From Gemmatimonadota bacterium (GTDB lineage Bacteria > Gemmatimonadota > Gemmatimonadetes > Gemmatimonadales > Gemmatimonadaceae), in contig JANMLN010000057.1 of assembly GCA_031372565.1 (NCBI GenBank), positions 1 to 64,000 on the forward strand: a DNA stretch of 64,000 bases. Direction: 5' to 3'. Positions 20,417 through 30,522 of this stretch are shown piece by piece. Below the pieces are notes generated by a model that saw only the letters and a program-made list of their open reading frames with translations, was not told the DNA's origin and did not search any database. A program made the translations under genes and the position numbers. Within the stretch, counting starts at the first letter, position 1; each line of letters begins with the position of its first letter.

Positions 20417-21601
20417 GTGACCGTTCCCGAGGCCGCCACGACGGCGGCGCCGCCGACCGCCAGTGTTCGCCAAATTGCCGCTCCCTCGCGCAGCTGGCGT
20501 GACCGGCTGCTGGACCTGCGCGACCGGATCTACACGAGTCCGGCCTTTCAGAAGTGGGCCGCGTCGTTCGTGTTTACCCGCCCGATCGCGCTCAGCAGGG
20601 CGCATCGCGCCTTCGACCTCGCGTCCGGCTTCGTGTACAGCCAGACCCTGCTGGCTGTCGTGCGGCTGCGCCTGCTCGAGCAGCTGCAAGCGGGCCCCCG
20701 CTCCGTGGCGGAGCTGGCCAAGCACAACGACCTGCCGGTGGATTCCATGGAGCGTCTGCTCCGGGCCGCCCGTGCCTGTCGCTTGGTGGAACAGCGCCGC
20801 AGCGGGCTCTGGTCGTTGGGCATTCTGGGCGCGCCGTTCCTCGGCGATCCCACCCTGCCCATGCTCGTGGAGCACAACGCGGCGTACTACGGCGATCTCC
20901 GCGATCCGATCGCCCTCCTCTCCGGCGCCATGGCTGGCAAGACCGTCCTCGCCTCGTACTGGCCGTATGGTGACGCCGAGCGCGCCGCGCACGTGGAGAG
21001 CGCCGAGGCCAGCGAATACACCGCGATCATGGCCGCCACCCTTCCGCCGCTGGCCGAAGACGTCATCGATTCGTACGACTTCGGAGCGCATCGCGTGCAC
21101 ATGGACGTTGGCGGCGGCGAAGGGGTCTTCGTCAGCATGGCGGTCCGGCGCAATCCAGGGCTTCGCGGGATTGTCTACGACTTGCCAGCCGTGATCCCGC
21201 GCACCGAGGCGCGTCTGGCCACCGAGGGCCTCGCGGGTCGCGTGAGCGTCGCCGGGGGCAACTTCCACGCCGACCCCCTGCCGGTCGGGGCCGATCTCAT
21301 CACGCTCATCCGCGTGCTGCTCGACCACTCGGACGCGATGGCGGTCGCGCTCTTGAAGAAGATCCGTCAGGCGTTGCCGCCCAATGGCAGTCTCCTCATC
21401 GCCGAGCCGTTGTCGGGTCACCCGGGCGTCGAACGGGCGGCCGACGCCTACTTCGGCTTCTATCTGCTGGCGATGGGCCGCGGACGGTGTCGGTCGCGGG
21501 AGGAGCACGAACGGCTGCTGCGCGAGGCGGGATTCACGCGGTGCAGCGTGGTCCGGACCCGCTACCCGTTCCGCGCCTCCGTCCTCGTCGCGCGCCCCTG
21601 A
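20417..21601 (+). CDS. crtF: Carotenoid (hydroxyneurosporene-type) O-methyltransferase
   Basis: FQKWAASF..TRPIA, FDLASGFVYSQ, SAM motif MDVGGGEG, LIAEP; directly upstream of bchC. Start uncertain (TTG 20366 or GTG 20417). Confidence 0.9.
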   Translation: MTVPEAATTAAPPTASVRQIAAPSRSWRDRLLDLRDRIYTSPAFQKWAASFVFTRPIALSRAHRAFDLASGFVYSQTLLAVVRLRLLEQLQAGPRSVAELAKHNDLPVDSMERLLRAARACRLVEQRRSGLWSLGILGAPFLGDPTLPMLVEHNAAYYGDLRDPIALLSGAMAGKTVLASYWPYGDAERAAHVESAEASEYTAIMAATLPPLAEDVIDSYDFGAHRVHMDVGGGEGVFVSMAVRRNPGLRGIVYDLPAVIPRTEARLATEGLAGRVSVAGGNFHADPLPVGADLITLIRVLLDHSDAMAVALLKKIRQALPPNGSLLIAEPLSGHPGVERAADAYFGFYLLAMGRGRCRSREEHERLLREAGFTRCSVVRTRYPFRASVLVARP

Positions 21602-21677
21602 CGGTCGCGGAGACCCTACCCAAACGGGTGGTACCCCCGTCAAACCTTCGACTTGCAGCTACCCTAACGAAGTTCTG

Positions 21678-21695
21678 TGTCAACCTCCCTTGACG
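21678..21695. promoter_or_regulatory. PpsR-type operator overlapping the bchC -35 box
   Basis: TGTCAA-cctccc-TTGACG (palindrome with one mismatch); TTGACG, N17, CACCTT gives a plausible promoter. Confidence 0.7.
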
Positions 21696-21787
21696 GCTAG
21701 TGCAAACACGTGCACCTTAGCCGCGGTACTTAAGCCGCCGTCTGCAGTCCCTTCACTCACACCCCCCGATTTCGGGGAAGGATCAGC

Positions 21788-22729
21788 GTGGATACGCTGG
21801 CCGTGGTGTTTGAATCGCCCGAAGTCATGTCGATGCGCCGCCTGCCCCTCGTGCAGGCCGGCGACGCGGACGTGGTCGTGCGCATCGATTGGACCGGGAT
21901 CTCGACGGGCACCGAGCGGCTCTTGTGGACCGGCAAGATGCCGCCCTTCCCGGGCCTCGAGTATCCGCTCGTACCAGGCTACGAAGCGGTCGGAACGGTG
22001 GTGACCGCCGGCGCGACCTCAGGCCACGCCGTGGGCGATGTCGTCTTCGTCGCCGGGTCTCGCTCGTTCGAGGGGGTGCGCGGCCTCTTCGGTGGCGCGG
22101 CACGCACCCTCATTGTGCCAGGGGTCCGCGCGGTGACCATCGCGCCGCATGTGGCCGACAAGGGCACGCTGCTCGCGTTGGCCGCAACCGCGTACCACGC
22201 GATCACTGATGGCGGCGGCGCCTTCCCGGACCTTGTGGTCGGCCACGGCGCGCTCGGCCGCCTGATCGCGCGCCTAGTCCGCGCCCTCGACCCGTCGCAC
22301 GTGGTCACCGTCTGGGAAACGAACCCCGCCCGCCGCACCGGCGCGCTGGACTACCCCGTGATCGCGCCCGACGACGACACGCGGCGCGACTACGGGGTCA
22401 TCTGCGACGTGAGTGGGGTCGCCTCGCTCGTGGACGGGCTCCTCGCCCGCCTTCGCCCGCGTGGTGAGCTCGTGCTGGCCGGCTTCTATGACACGATCAG
22501 CTTCGTGTTCCCCGCCGCCTTCATGAAGGAGTCGCGCCTGCGCATCGCCGCCGAGTTCACGCCGGCGGATCTCGTGGCCGTCGCCGCCATGGCGGGTGAC
22601 GGTCGGTTGTCGCTTGATGGTCTGATTACCCACACGGCCCCAGCCAGCGAGGCCTCGGCAGCATATGCCACGGCCTTCGGCGATTCGGCTTGCGTCAAGA
22701 TGGTTCTCGATTGGAGGCATACCGCGTGA
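21788..22729 (+). CDS. bchC: Bacteriochlorophyllide a dehydrogenase
   Basis: GISTGTERLLWTG.MPPFPG..YPLVPGYE, VGHGALGRL, AFMKE.RLRIAAEF. Confidence 0.95.
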   Translation: MDTLAVVFESPEVMSMRRLPLVQAGDADVVVRIDWTGISTGTERLLWTGKMPPFPGLEYPLVPGYEAVGTVVTAGATSGHAVGDVVFVAGSRSFEGVRGLFGGAARTLIVPGVRAVTIAPHVADKGTLLALAATAYHAITDGGGAFPDLVVGHGALGRLIARLVRALDPSHVVTVWETNPARRTGALDYPVIAPDDDTRRDYGVICDVSGVASLVDGLLARLRPRGELVLAGFYDTISFVFPAAFMKESRLRIAAEFTPADLVAVAAMAGDGRLSLDGLITHTAPASEASAAYATAFGDSACVKMVLDWRHTA

Positions 22730-23742
22730 TTGAAAGCACCACTGGCAGCGCATCCGACGCCTTCGTGCAGCTTCGAAAGAACATGCAGGACGAAGCCGCG
22801 CAGGAACCGGCGCCCGTGTCGACCCGTCCGGTCACCAAGGAAACGCAGATCATCGCCATCTATGGCAAGGGCGGTATCGGCAAGAGCTTCACGCTCGCCA
22901 ACCTGTCCTACATGATGGCGCAGCAGGGCAAGAAAGTGCTGCTCATCGGGTGCGACCCCAAGAGCGACACGACCTCCCTGCTCTTCGGCGGCAAGGCCTG
23001 CCCGACCATCATCGAAACCTCGTCCAAGAAGAAGCTGGCCGGCGAAGCGGTCCAGATCGGCGACGTCTGCTTCAAGCGTGACGGGGTGTACGCCATGGAA
23101 CTCGGCGGCCCTGAAGTCGGGCGCGGCTGCGGCGGACGTGGCATCATCCACGGCTTCGAGATCCTCGAGAAGCTCGGCTTCCATGACTGGGGCTTCGACT
23201 ACGTCCTCCTCGACTTCCTGGGCGACGTGGTGTGCGGCGGCTTCGGCCTGCCGATCGCCCGCGACATGTGTCAGAAGGTGATTGTCGTGGCGTCGAACGA
23301 CCTCCAGTCGCTGTACGTCGCGAACAACGTCTGCAGCGCGGTCGAGTACTTCCGGAAGCTCGGCGGCAACGTCGGCGTCGCCGGCATGGTCGTCAACAAG
23401 GACGACGGCACGGGCGAGGCGGCGCGGTTCGCCGAGCTGGTGGGCATCCCCGTGCTGGCCAGCGTGCCGGCGCACGAGGACATCCGCCGCAAGAGCGCCA
23501 ACTACGAGATCATCGGCACCTCCACCTCGCAGTGGGGCCCGCTCTTCGCGGAACTCGCCGAGAACGTGGCGTCGGCGCCGCCGGTGCATCCGAATCCGAT
23601 GGTGATGGACAGCCTGCTCGACCTGTTCTCCCGCGATTCAGTGGGGCGCGACGTCGTGCTCGAGCCGGCCACGATGTTCGACATGTGCGGCAAGGAAGAC
23701 GTGATCAAGCCCTCCCTCGAAGTCGTCTACGACACCGTTTGA
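22726..23742 (+). CDS. bchX: Chlorophyllide a reductase iron protein X
   Basis: GGAGG RBS plus GTG overlapping the bchC stop; YGKGGIGKS, GCDPK.D, GRGCGGRG, DVVCGGF. Confidence 0.97.
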   Translation: MIESTTGSASDAFVQLRKNMQDEAAQEPAPVSTRPVTKETQIIAIYGKGGIGKSFTLANLSYMMAQQGKKVLLIGCDPKSDTTSLLFGGKACPTIIETSSKKKLAGEAVQIGDVCFKRDGVYAMELGGPEVGRGCGGRGIIHGFEILEKLGFHDWGFDYVLLDFLGDVVCGGFGLPIARDMCQKVIVVASNDLQSLYVANNVCSAVEYFRKLGGNVGVAGMVVNKDDGTGEAARFAELVGIPVLASVPAHEDIRRKSANYEIIGTSTSQWGPLFAELAENVASAPPVHPNPMVMDSLLDLFSRDSVGRDVVLEPATMFDMCGKEDVIKPSLEVVYDTV

Positions 23743-23747
23743 GCGAC

Positions 23748-25355
23748 ATGACACCGTCCGACGTGCGGAATGGCGCGGTTCCCACAGGCGAAGTCGTCTA
23801 TGACGACGTCGCCGTGGCGCCGATGCTGAACGATGGCGATGCGAGCCCGGCCGACGTGAACCTCGCGGCGACCCAGGGCGACGGCGTGGGCTGTCATGCC
23901 GGCGCCGCCGAGATGAAGAAGGCGGCCGCAGCGGCGGGCAAGAGCGAGACGCTCGCGCGCTACGCGGCGGATTACCCGACCGGTCCGCACGACCAGCCAC
24001 AGAGCATGTGCCCCGCCTTCGGCTCGTTGCGCGTCGGCCTGCGCATGCGTCGCACGGCGACGGTCCTCTCGGGCTCGGCGTGCTGCGTGTACGGTCTCAC
24101 GTTCACGTCGCACTTCTACGGCGCCCGCCGCACCGTGGGCTACGTGCCGTTCAACTCCGAGACGCTCGTCACCGGCAAGCTGTTCGAGGACATTCGCGAA
24201 GCGGTCTTCCAGCTGGCCGATCCGGCCAACTACGACGCGATCGTCATCACCAATCTCTGCGTCCCGACGGCCAGCGGCGTGCCGCTGCAGCTGCTGCCCA
24301 AGGAGATCAACGGCGTCCGCATCATCGGCATCGACGTGCCGGGCTTCGGCGTACCGACGCATGCGGAAGCCAAGGACGTGCTGGCCGGCGCCATGCTCAA
24401 GTACGCGCGCACCGAGGCCGAGCAGGGCCCGGTGATGGCGCCGCGCGGCGGCAAGACCGACAAGCCGACGATCACGCTGGTGGGCGAGATGTTTCCCGCC
24501 GACCCGGTCGGCATCGGCATGTTGCTCGAGCCGCTCGGACTCGCGGCCGGACCGGTGGTGCCCACGCGCGAATGGCGCGAGCTCTACGCGTCGCTCGACT
24601 GTGCGGCCGTCGCCGCGATTCACCCGTTCTATACCGCGGTGTACCGCGAGATGACCGCCGCCGGGCGCACCATGGTCGGCTCCGCCCCCGTGGGCCACGA
24701 TGGCACGGCCGCGTGGCTCGAAGCGATCGGCCAGACGTGCGGCATCGCCGCCGACAAGATCGCCGCGGCGCAGAACAAGTTCCTTCCGGCCATCAAGGGC
24801 GCGCTCGCCAGGATGCCGATCAAGGGCCGCATCACGATGTCGGGCTACGAGGGCTCCGAGTTGCTCGTGGCGCGCCTCCTCGTCGAGAGCGGCGCGGATG
24901 TGCGCTACGTCGGAACGGCCTGCCCCAAGACCGTCTGGTCGGACCCCGACCGCGAGTGGCTCGAGGCGCGCGGCGTCCGCATCCAGTACCGTGCGTCCCT
25001 GGAACAGGACGTGGCCGCGATGCACGAGTTCCAGCCGGACTTGGCCATCGGCACCACGCCCGTCGTGCAGAAGGCCAAGGAACTCGCCATCCCGGGCCTC
25101 TACTTCACCAACCTGATTTCGGCGCGGCCGCTCATGGGCCCGGCCGGTGCGGGTTCGCTCGCCACCGTCATCAACGCGGCGCTGGCCAACAAGCATCGGT
25201 TCGACGAGATGAAGGAGTTTTTCGAGGGCGTGGGCACCGGCTTCGCGACGGGCGTGTGGGAAGAGACGCCGGTGGATCACCCCGAGTTCCGCGAGCACTA
25301 CAAGCGTCACCTCACGCGCATCCAGAAGCGCAAGAAGGCGGAGGAGATGATCTAG
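23748..25355 (+). CDS. bchY: Chlorophyllide a reductase subunit Y
   Basis: [50 protein letters not shown]. Confidence 0.96.
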   Translation: MTPSDVRNGAVPTGEVVYDDVAVAPMLNDGDASPADVNLAATQGDGVGCHAGAAEMKKAAAAAGKSETLARYAADYPTGPHDQPQSMCPAFGSLRVGLRMRRTATVLSGSACCVYGLTFTSHFYGARRTVGYVPFNSETLVTGKLFEDIREAVFQLADPANYDAIVITNLCVPTASGVPLQLLPKEINGVRIIGIDVPGFGVPTHAEAKDVLAGAMLKYARTEAEQGPVMAPRGGKTDKPTITLVGEMFPADPVGIGMLLEPLGLAAGPVVPTREWRELYASLDCAAVAAIHPFYTAVYREMTAAGRTMVGSAPVGHDGTAAWLEAIGQTCGIAADKIAAAQNKFLPAIKGALARMPIKGRITMSGYEGSELLVARLLVESGADVRYVGTACPKTVWSDPDREWLEARGVRIQYRASLEQDVAAMHEFQPDLAIGTTPVVQKAKELAIPGLYFTNLISARPLMGPAGAGSLATVINAALANKHRFDEMKEFFEGVGTGFATGVWEETPVDHPEFREHYKRHLTRIQKRKKAEEMI

Positions 25356-26809
25356 TGCTCGTCCTCGACCACGATCGCGCCGGCGGGTACTGGGGAGCCG
25401 TGTATGTCTTCACGGCCATCAAGGGACTGCAGGTCATCATCGACGGCCCGGTGGGGTGCGAGAACCTCCCGGTGACCTCGGTGCTGCACTACACCGACGC
25501 GCTGCCGCCGCATGAGCTGCCGATCGTCGTGACCGGGCTCGGCGAGGAGGAACTCGGCCAGCACGGCACCGAGGCCGCGATGAAGCGCGCCCACAAGACG
25601 CTCGACCCCGAGCTGCCGTCGGTCGTGGTCACGGGCTCGATCGCGGAGATGATCGGCGGCGGTGTGACGCCCGAAGGGACCAACCTCCAGCGGTTCCTGC
25701 CGCGCACGATCGACGAGGACCAGTGGCAGAGCGCGAATCGCGCCCTGTACTGGCTGTGGACCGAGTACGGCCTGAAGAAGGGGGTGCGCCCCGAGAAGGC
25801 GGTGCGTGCACCGGGAGCCAAGCCGAAGGTCAACATCATCGGCACGATCTACGGCACCTTCAACAGCCCGTCGGACATGACCGAGATGCGCCGCCTGGTC
25901 GAGGGGATCGGTGCCGAGGTCAACATGGTCTTCCCGCTGGGCAGCCATCTGCAGGACGTGCCGCGGCTGATCGATGCCGACGTGAATGTCTGCATGTACC
26001 GCGAGTTCGGACGCATGCTGTGCGAGTCGCTGGAGGTCCCGTACCTGCAGGCGCCGATCGGCCTGCACTCGACGACCAAGTTCCTCCGCACACTGGGCGA
26101 GATGCTCGGACTCGATCCCGAACCGTTCATCGAGAAGGAAAAGCACACGACCATCAAGCCCCTCTGGGACCTGTGGCGGTCGGTGACGCAGGACTTCTTC
26201 GGCACGGCCTCCTTCGCCATCGTGGCCAACGAGACCTACGCGCGCGGCGTCCGCCACTTCCTCGAGACGGAGATGGGGCTTCCCTGCACCTTCTCGTTCG
26301 CGCGACGTGCGGGGGTGAAGCCGGACAACGCCGCCGTGCGTCAGGCGATCAAGGAGAAGCCGCCGCTCATCATGTTCGGCAGCTACAACGAGCGCATGTA
26401 CATGGCGGAACTCGGCACGCGCGCGATGTACGTGCCGGCGTCGTTCCCCGGCGCGATCATCCGTCGGCACACGGGCACGCCCTTCATGGGCTACTCGGGC
26501 GCGACGTACATCGTGCAGGAAGTGTGCAACGCCCTGTTCGACGCGCTCTTTCACATCCTCCCGCTCGGCACGGAGATGGACAAGGTCGACGCCACGCCGG
26601 CGCGTCAGCACAAGGAGCTGCCGTGGACCGACGACGCGAAGTCGGCCTTCGATGACATCGTCGAGTCCTTGCCGGTGCTGGTGCGCATTTCGGCGGCCAA
26701 GCGGCTGCGTGATGCCGCAGAAAAGGACGCGCGCGATCTGGGCGACGACACGGTGACGCCCGATCACGTGATGGCCACGCGCAAGATGATCGCCGGAGTG
26801 CCTGCCTGA
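25355..26809 (+). CDS. bchZ: Chlorophyllide a reductase subunit Z
   Basis: GTG overlapping the bchY stop; [24 protein letters not shown]-terminal [11 protein letters not shown] domain. Confidence 0.96.
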   Translation: MLVLDHDRAGGYWGAVYVFTAIKGLQVIIDGPVGCENLPVTSVLHYTDALPPHELPIVVTGLGEEELGQHGTEAAMKRAHKTLDPELPSVVVTGSIAEMIGGGVTPEGTNLQRFLPRTIDEDQWQSANRALYWLWTEYGLKKGVRPEKAVRAPGAKPKVNIIGTIYGTFNSPSDMTEMRRLVEGIGAEVNMVFPLGSHLQDVPRLIDADVNVCMYREFGRMLCESLEVPYLQAPIGLHSTTKFLRTLGEMLGLDPEPFIEKEKHTTIKPLWDLWRSVTQDFFGTASFAIVANETYARGVRHFLETEMGLPCTFSFARRAGVKPDNAAVRQAIKEKPPLIMFGSYNERMYMAELGTRAMYVPASFPGAIIRRHTGTPFMGYSGATYIVQEVCNALFDALFHILPLGTEMDKVDATPARQHKELPWTDDAKSAFDDIVESLPVLVRISAAKRLRDAAEKDARDLGDDTVTPDHVMATRKMIAGVPA

Positions 26810-26837
26810 TGTCCGACTGGGTCCTCCGGGGGCGCGC

Positions 26838-27710
26838 TCAGCGCGCCGATGCGTCGGCCACGAGTCCGGCGAGGAGTGCGGCTGCGTCGAGCGGTCGTTC
26901 CTCGTGGACCACGTGCCCGCCGCTCCACGAGAGGATCCTGGCCGACGGAAAGTGCTCCGCGAACACCTTGGCGAGCGGCACGGGCGGAATCCAGCGGTCC
27001 TCGGTGCCGAGCACGAAGGTGGCCGGCGACGCGAAGCGTGCCACCCGTGCGAGCAACGCGCGCAGGTCCCAGCCCGCCATGAGCGCGAGTGCCCCCTCGA
27101 CGTGCTTCGGATCGCGCATCAACCGCGCGTACCAGCCGCGCTGCGCCGCGGTGAGCGCTGATCCGGTGCTGTCGAGCAGCCGGTCGAGCACCGCCGGTTC
27201 GCGCGCGATGAGCGCGGCCACGGCGCGGACCGGGTCGGTGCGCAACAGCGGCAGCAGCCACGGCGCGATGAGCGCGGTGTACGCGCCCGGTGCTGGCACC
27301 AGTGATGGGTTGAAGCCGACGATGGCCGGGGCGTGCGCGCCGGCGTCGTGGGCCATGGCGACCGCGAGCGCTGCGCCGGCCGAATGGCCGGCAATGAGCG
27401 TGGGCGGTGGGAGCTCGAGCGAGACGAGGAGCGCGCGCAGCGCATCAGCGACGGCCGGGATGGTTGGTGGCGCGTCAGGCCATGCGCTCGTGAAGCCGTG
27501 TCCGGGTAAGTCGGGCACGACCACGGTGGCGACGGATGCCAGCGAGCGCGCGACGTCAGCCCACGAATGTGTCGAGGCGCCGGTGCCGTGCAACAATAGG
27601 ACCACCGGTCCGGCACCAAGTACTTGCACATGCCATGTGTTTGGGGGCAAGATAGCCGCGCGACTTTTTTCAGAATGCGGCCAGTCGGCTGGAATGCTGG
27701 TCAGGGGCAT
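26838..27710 (-). CDS. bchO: Alpha/beta hydrolase BchO (magnesium chelatase accessory protein)
   Basis: DWPH, WHVQ..G.GP..LLLHGTGASTHSW, PDLPGHGFT, GHSAG, GHVVHEE; photosynthesis-cluster context. Confidence 0.88.
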   Translation of the reverse strand: MPLTSIPADWPHSEKSRAAILPPNTWHVQVLGAGPVVLLLHGTGASTHSWADVARSLASVATVVVPDLPGHGFTSAWPDAPPTIPAVADALRALLVSLELPPPTLIAGHSAGAALAVAMAHDAGAHAPAIVGFNPSLVPAPGAYTALIAPWLLPLLRTDPVRAVAALIAREPAVLDRLLDSTGSALTAAQRGWYARLMRDPKHVEGALALMAGWDLRALLARVARFASPATFVLGTEDRWIPPVPLAKVFAEHFPSARILSWSGGHVVHEERPLDAAALLAGLVADASAR

Positions 27711-27822
27711 GCACGATTGTAGTACCGCAGTACCGTTTGGCGGCACCGAGCGAGCGCACTGAGGCGTTCGCTTCCCCGAACCGCGGGGGGCAGACCGCGG
27801 GATTTCCTGTTCGGAGGATAGC

Positions 27823-27960
27823 ATGAGCGACAACAACGGCGGCATGACGGAAGACGAAGCACGTCGGTTCCATGGCTACTTCATCATGGGCACGGCGGTG
27901 TTTGTTGGGACGGCGATCGCTGCCCACCTCGCGGCCTGGAGCTGGCGCCCCTGGTTCTAG
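27823..27960 (+). CDS. pufB: Light-harvesting antenna beta polypeptide (45 aa; not in ORF track)
   Basis: GGAGG RBS; hand translation MSDNNGGMTEDEARRFHGYFIMGTAVFVGTAIAAHLAAWSWRPWF shows EA..FH, BChl-ligand His and WxWRPW. Confidence 0.96.
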   Translation: MSDNNGGMTEDEARRFHGYFIMGTAVFVGTAIAAHLAAWSWRPWF

Positions 27961-27999
27961 GTCGCAGTCACGTCTTCCCACACTCTACTGGAGAGCAAT

Positions 28000-28158
28000 A
28001 TGTATCGGATCTGGATCGGGCTTGACCCGAAGATCGTGATGTCGCTGACGGGCACTGCCATCAGCGTCATGGTGCTGGTGATTCACCTCTTCGCGTTCAA
28101 GGTGGTGAACTATCCTGGCACGACTGTCGCCAAGTACGCTACCGCGGCCACTCGGTGA
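28000..28158 (+). CDS. pufA: Second antenna alpha polypeptide, probable outer-ring (LHh-type) alpha (52 aa; not in ORF track)
   Basis: GGAGAG RBS; MYRIWIGLDPKIVMSLTGTAISVMVLVIHLFAFKVVNYPGTTVAKYATAATR has the alpha-type RIW...DP start, a TM helix and His29. Confidence 0.9.
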   Translation: MYRIWIGLDPKIVMSLTGTAISVMVLVIHLFAFKVVNYPGTTVAKYATAATR

Positions 28159-28257
28159 CCATTCTGGGACGCCTGGGACATCGCGGTGGCCTGACGTCCG
28201 CGTTCGGGCTGTACACGTGTTCTCACCGTCGCCCTTTCAACCCTTAGGAGATGCAGA

Positions 28258-28473
28258 ATGCATCGCATTTGGCTGGCCTTTGATCCGCGCAGGGTGATGG
28301 TGGCCCTGACCGGATTCCTTGCAGTGCTGGCGCTGCTGATTCACTTCATCCTGCTCAGCAGCCACCGGTATTCGTGGATCGAAAACGGGACCATGTCCGC
28401 CGACCAGCTCAAGGTCGGTAGCGCGGCTCCCGCAGCGGCGGCTGAAATGGCCCCGCTCCCTCCCGGGCGGTAG
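28258..28473 (+). CDS. pufA: LH1 alpha polypeptide with long C-terminal extension
   Basis: [20 protein letters not shown]...[11 protein letters not shown], with Trp at His+11. Confidence 0.95.
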   Translation: MHRIWLAFDPRRVMVALTGFLAVLALLIHFILLSSHRYSWIENGTMSADQLKVGSAAPAAAAEMAPLPPGR

Positions 28474-28490
28474 TCTGGCAAGTCGTGGCT

Positions 28491-28538
28491 GCAGGGGAGG
28501 GCGCCGTGTGGTTGGTACCGCCGACGCCCCCCCTCTGC
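28491..28538 (+). other. pufA-pufL intercistronic stem-loop
   Basis: GCAGGGGAGGGCG...CGCCCCCCCTCTGC imperfect stem with inner TGTGGT-TGGT-ACCGC pairing. Confidence 0.6.
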
Positions 28539-28587
28539 CCGACGCCGCTAAGCACCGGCCCGCGCTTCCCCACTGGGAGATCGCACC

Positions 28588-29412
28588 ATGGCAATGCTGA
28601 GTTTCGAGAAGAAGTACCGCGTCAAGGGTGGGACCCTCATCGGAGGGGATCTGTTTGATTTTTGGGTCGGGCCGTTTTACGTCGGCTTCTTCGGCGTGAC
28701 GGCGGCCTTCTGCGCCATCATGGGCACGTTGCTCATCGTGTACGGCGCCGCCGTCGGACCGACCTCGAACATCTGGCAGATCAACATCGCGCCGCCCGAC
28801 CTCAAGTACGGACTCGGCCTCGCGCCGATGAACGAGGGCGGGCTGTGGCAGTTCATCACGATCTTCGCGATCGGCGCCTTCGTGAGTTGGATTCTTCGTC
28901 AGGCGGAGATCAGCCGCAAGCTCGGCATGGGGATGCACATCCCGTGGGCGTACAGCGTGTGCGTCTTTGCCTACGTGACGCTCGTGGTGATCCGTCCCGT
29001 GCTGCTCGGCGCGTGGGGACACGCGTTCCCGTACGGGATCTTCAGTCATCTCGACTGGGTGTCGAACGTCGGCTATCAGTACCTGCACTTCCACTACAAT
29101 CCGGCGCACATGGTCGCGGTGACGTTCTTCTTCACCACGGTGCTCGCGCTGGCGATGCATGGCTCGCTGATTCTCTCGGTGACGAACCCGGGCAAGGGAA
29201 AGATTGTCAAGACGAGCGAGCACGAGAACGTGTTCTTCCGCGATTTCCTGGGCTACTCCATCGGCGCAATCGGTATTCACCGCCTCGGCCTCTTCCTGGC
29301 GCTGTCGGCGGGGATATGGAGCGCGATCTGTATCGTGCTGGCAGGTCCCTTCTGGACGAAGGGCTGGCCGGAATGGTGGGGCTGGTGGCTCAACATGCCC
29401 ATCTGGCGATAG
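28588..29412 (+). CDS. pufL: Type-II photosynthetic reaction centre L subunit
   Basis: [46 protein letters not shown]. Confidence 0.99.
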   Translation: MAMLSFEKKYRVKGGTLIGGDLFDFWVGPFYVGFFGVTAAFCAIMGTLLIVYGAAVGPTSNIWQINIAPPDLKYGLGLAPMNEGGLWQFITIFAIGAFVSWILRQAEISRKLGMGMHIPWAYSVCVFAYVTLVVIRPVLLGAWGHAFPYGIFSHLDWVSNVGYQYLHFHYNPAHMVAVTFFFTTVLALAMHGSLILSVTNPGKGKIVKTSEHENVFFRDFLGYSIGAIGIHRLGLFLALSAGIWSAICIVLAGPFWTKGWPEWWGWWLNMPIWR

Positions 29413-29424
29413 GGGGCCACACTG

Positions 29425-30522
29425 ATGCTCGAATACCAGAACCTGTTCACCCGCGTGCAGGTGCGGCATGCCCCGGACCCTGGGCTCCCGCTGCCCGCCG
29501 GGTCGGACAAGCGCATCGGCACCGGATTCTTCAACTACTGGATCGGCAAGTTCGGCGACGCCCAGATCGGGCCGTTCTACCTCGGGACTTACGGGTTGCT
29601 CTCCCTCCTCTTTGGCAGCATTGCCATCGAGATCATGGGACTCAACATGTGGGCGTCCGTGGGGTGGGACCCGGTCGAGTTCGTCCGACGCCTGCCCTGG
29701 TTGTCACTGGAGCCGCCCTCGCCGGAGTACGGCCTCCGCATGCCGCCCCTCGCGAAGGGAGGCTGGTACCTGCTGGCCGGCTTCTTCCTCTCGCTGTCGA
29801 TCGGGCTGTGGTGGCTGCGCACCTACAAGCGTGCGAAGGTGCTCGGGATGGGGACCCATCTCGCGTGGGCATTCGGCTCGGCCATCTTCCTCTACAGCAC
29901 CTTCTTCTTCCAGCCGTTGCTGGTCGGTAGCTGGAGCGAAATGGTCCCGTTCGGCCTCTTCCCGCACCTCGACTGGACTGCTGCGTTCAGCATCCGGTAC
30001 GGGAACCTGTACTACAACCCGTTCCACGCCCTCTCGATCGTCTTCCTGTATGGATCGACGCTGTTGTTCGCCATGCATGCGGCCACGATTCTCGCGACCA
30101 GCCGACTGGGCGGCGAGCGTGAGATCGAGCAGATCACCGACCGCGGGACGGCCGCCGAGCGCTCGCAGCTGTTCTGGCGCTGGGTCATGGGCTTCAACGC
30201 CACGATGGAGTCGATCCATCGCTGGGCCTGGTGGTTCGCGGTGCTGACCACTTTCACCGGCGGCATCGGCATCCTGCTCACCGGCACGGTTGTCGACAAC
30301 TGGTATCTCTGGGCGGTCAAGCACCATGTGGCGCCGCAGTACCCGGCGGCCAACAAGACGCTGACGCCGGCCCTGCTCGATTCCCTCCGCGGCCAGTATG
30401 CGGGGCCGATGAACAAGGGATTCCCGGTCTACGCCGTTCCCGCGGCGCCGATCGCACCTGCCGTCACCGACACGGCCGCGATGGCCGCGCCGGCCGCGCC
30501 CGACACCGGGAGGAAGCCATGA
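29425..30522 (+). CDS. pufM: Reaction centre M subunit with C-terminal extension (365 aa)
   Basis: [53 protein letters not shown]. Confidence 0.99.
   Translation: MLEYQNLFTRVQVRHAPDPGLPLPAGSDKRIGTGFFNYWIGKFGDAQIGPFYLGTYGLLSLLFGSIAIEIMGLNMWASVGWDPVEFVRRLPWLSLEPPSPEYGLRMPPLAKGGWYLLAGFFLSLSIGLWWLRTYKRAKVLGMGTHLAWAFGSAIFLYSTFFFQPLLVGSWSEMVPFGLFPHLDWTAAFSIRYGNLYYNPFHALSIVFLYGSTLLFAMHAATILATSRLGGEREIEQITDRGTAAERSQLFWRWVMGFNATMESIHRWAWWFAVLTTFTGGIGILLTGTVVDNWYLWAVKHHVAPQYPAANKTLTPALLDSLRGQYAGPMNKGFPVYAVPAAPIAPAVTDTAAMAAPAAPDTGRKP

Noticed and set aside
21638..21653. CGTCAA-ACCT-TCGACT as an additional PpsR site
   Set aside because: Spacing is 2 bp too short and both arms are mismatched.
23232..26809. 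Apparent 707-aa and 933-aa fused or extended BchY and BchZ ORFs
   Set aside because: The extensions are off-frame overlaps of upstream genes; real starts are about 23748 and 25355. The same applies to the extended ORFs for pufC, the kinase, PfkB, GH32, GH30 and trehalase.
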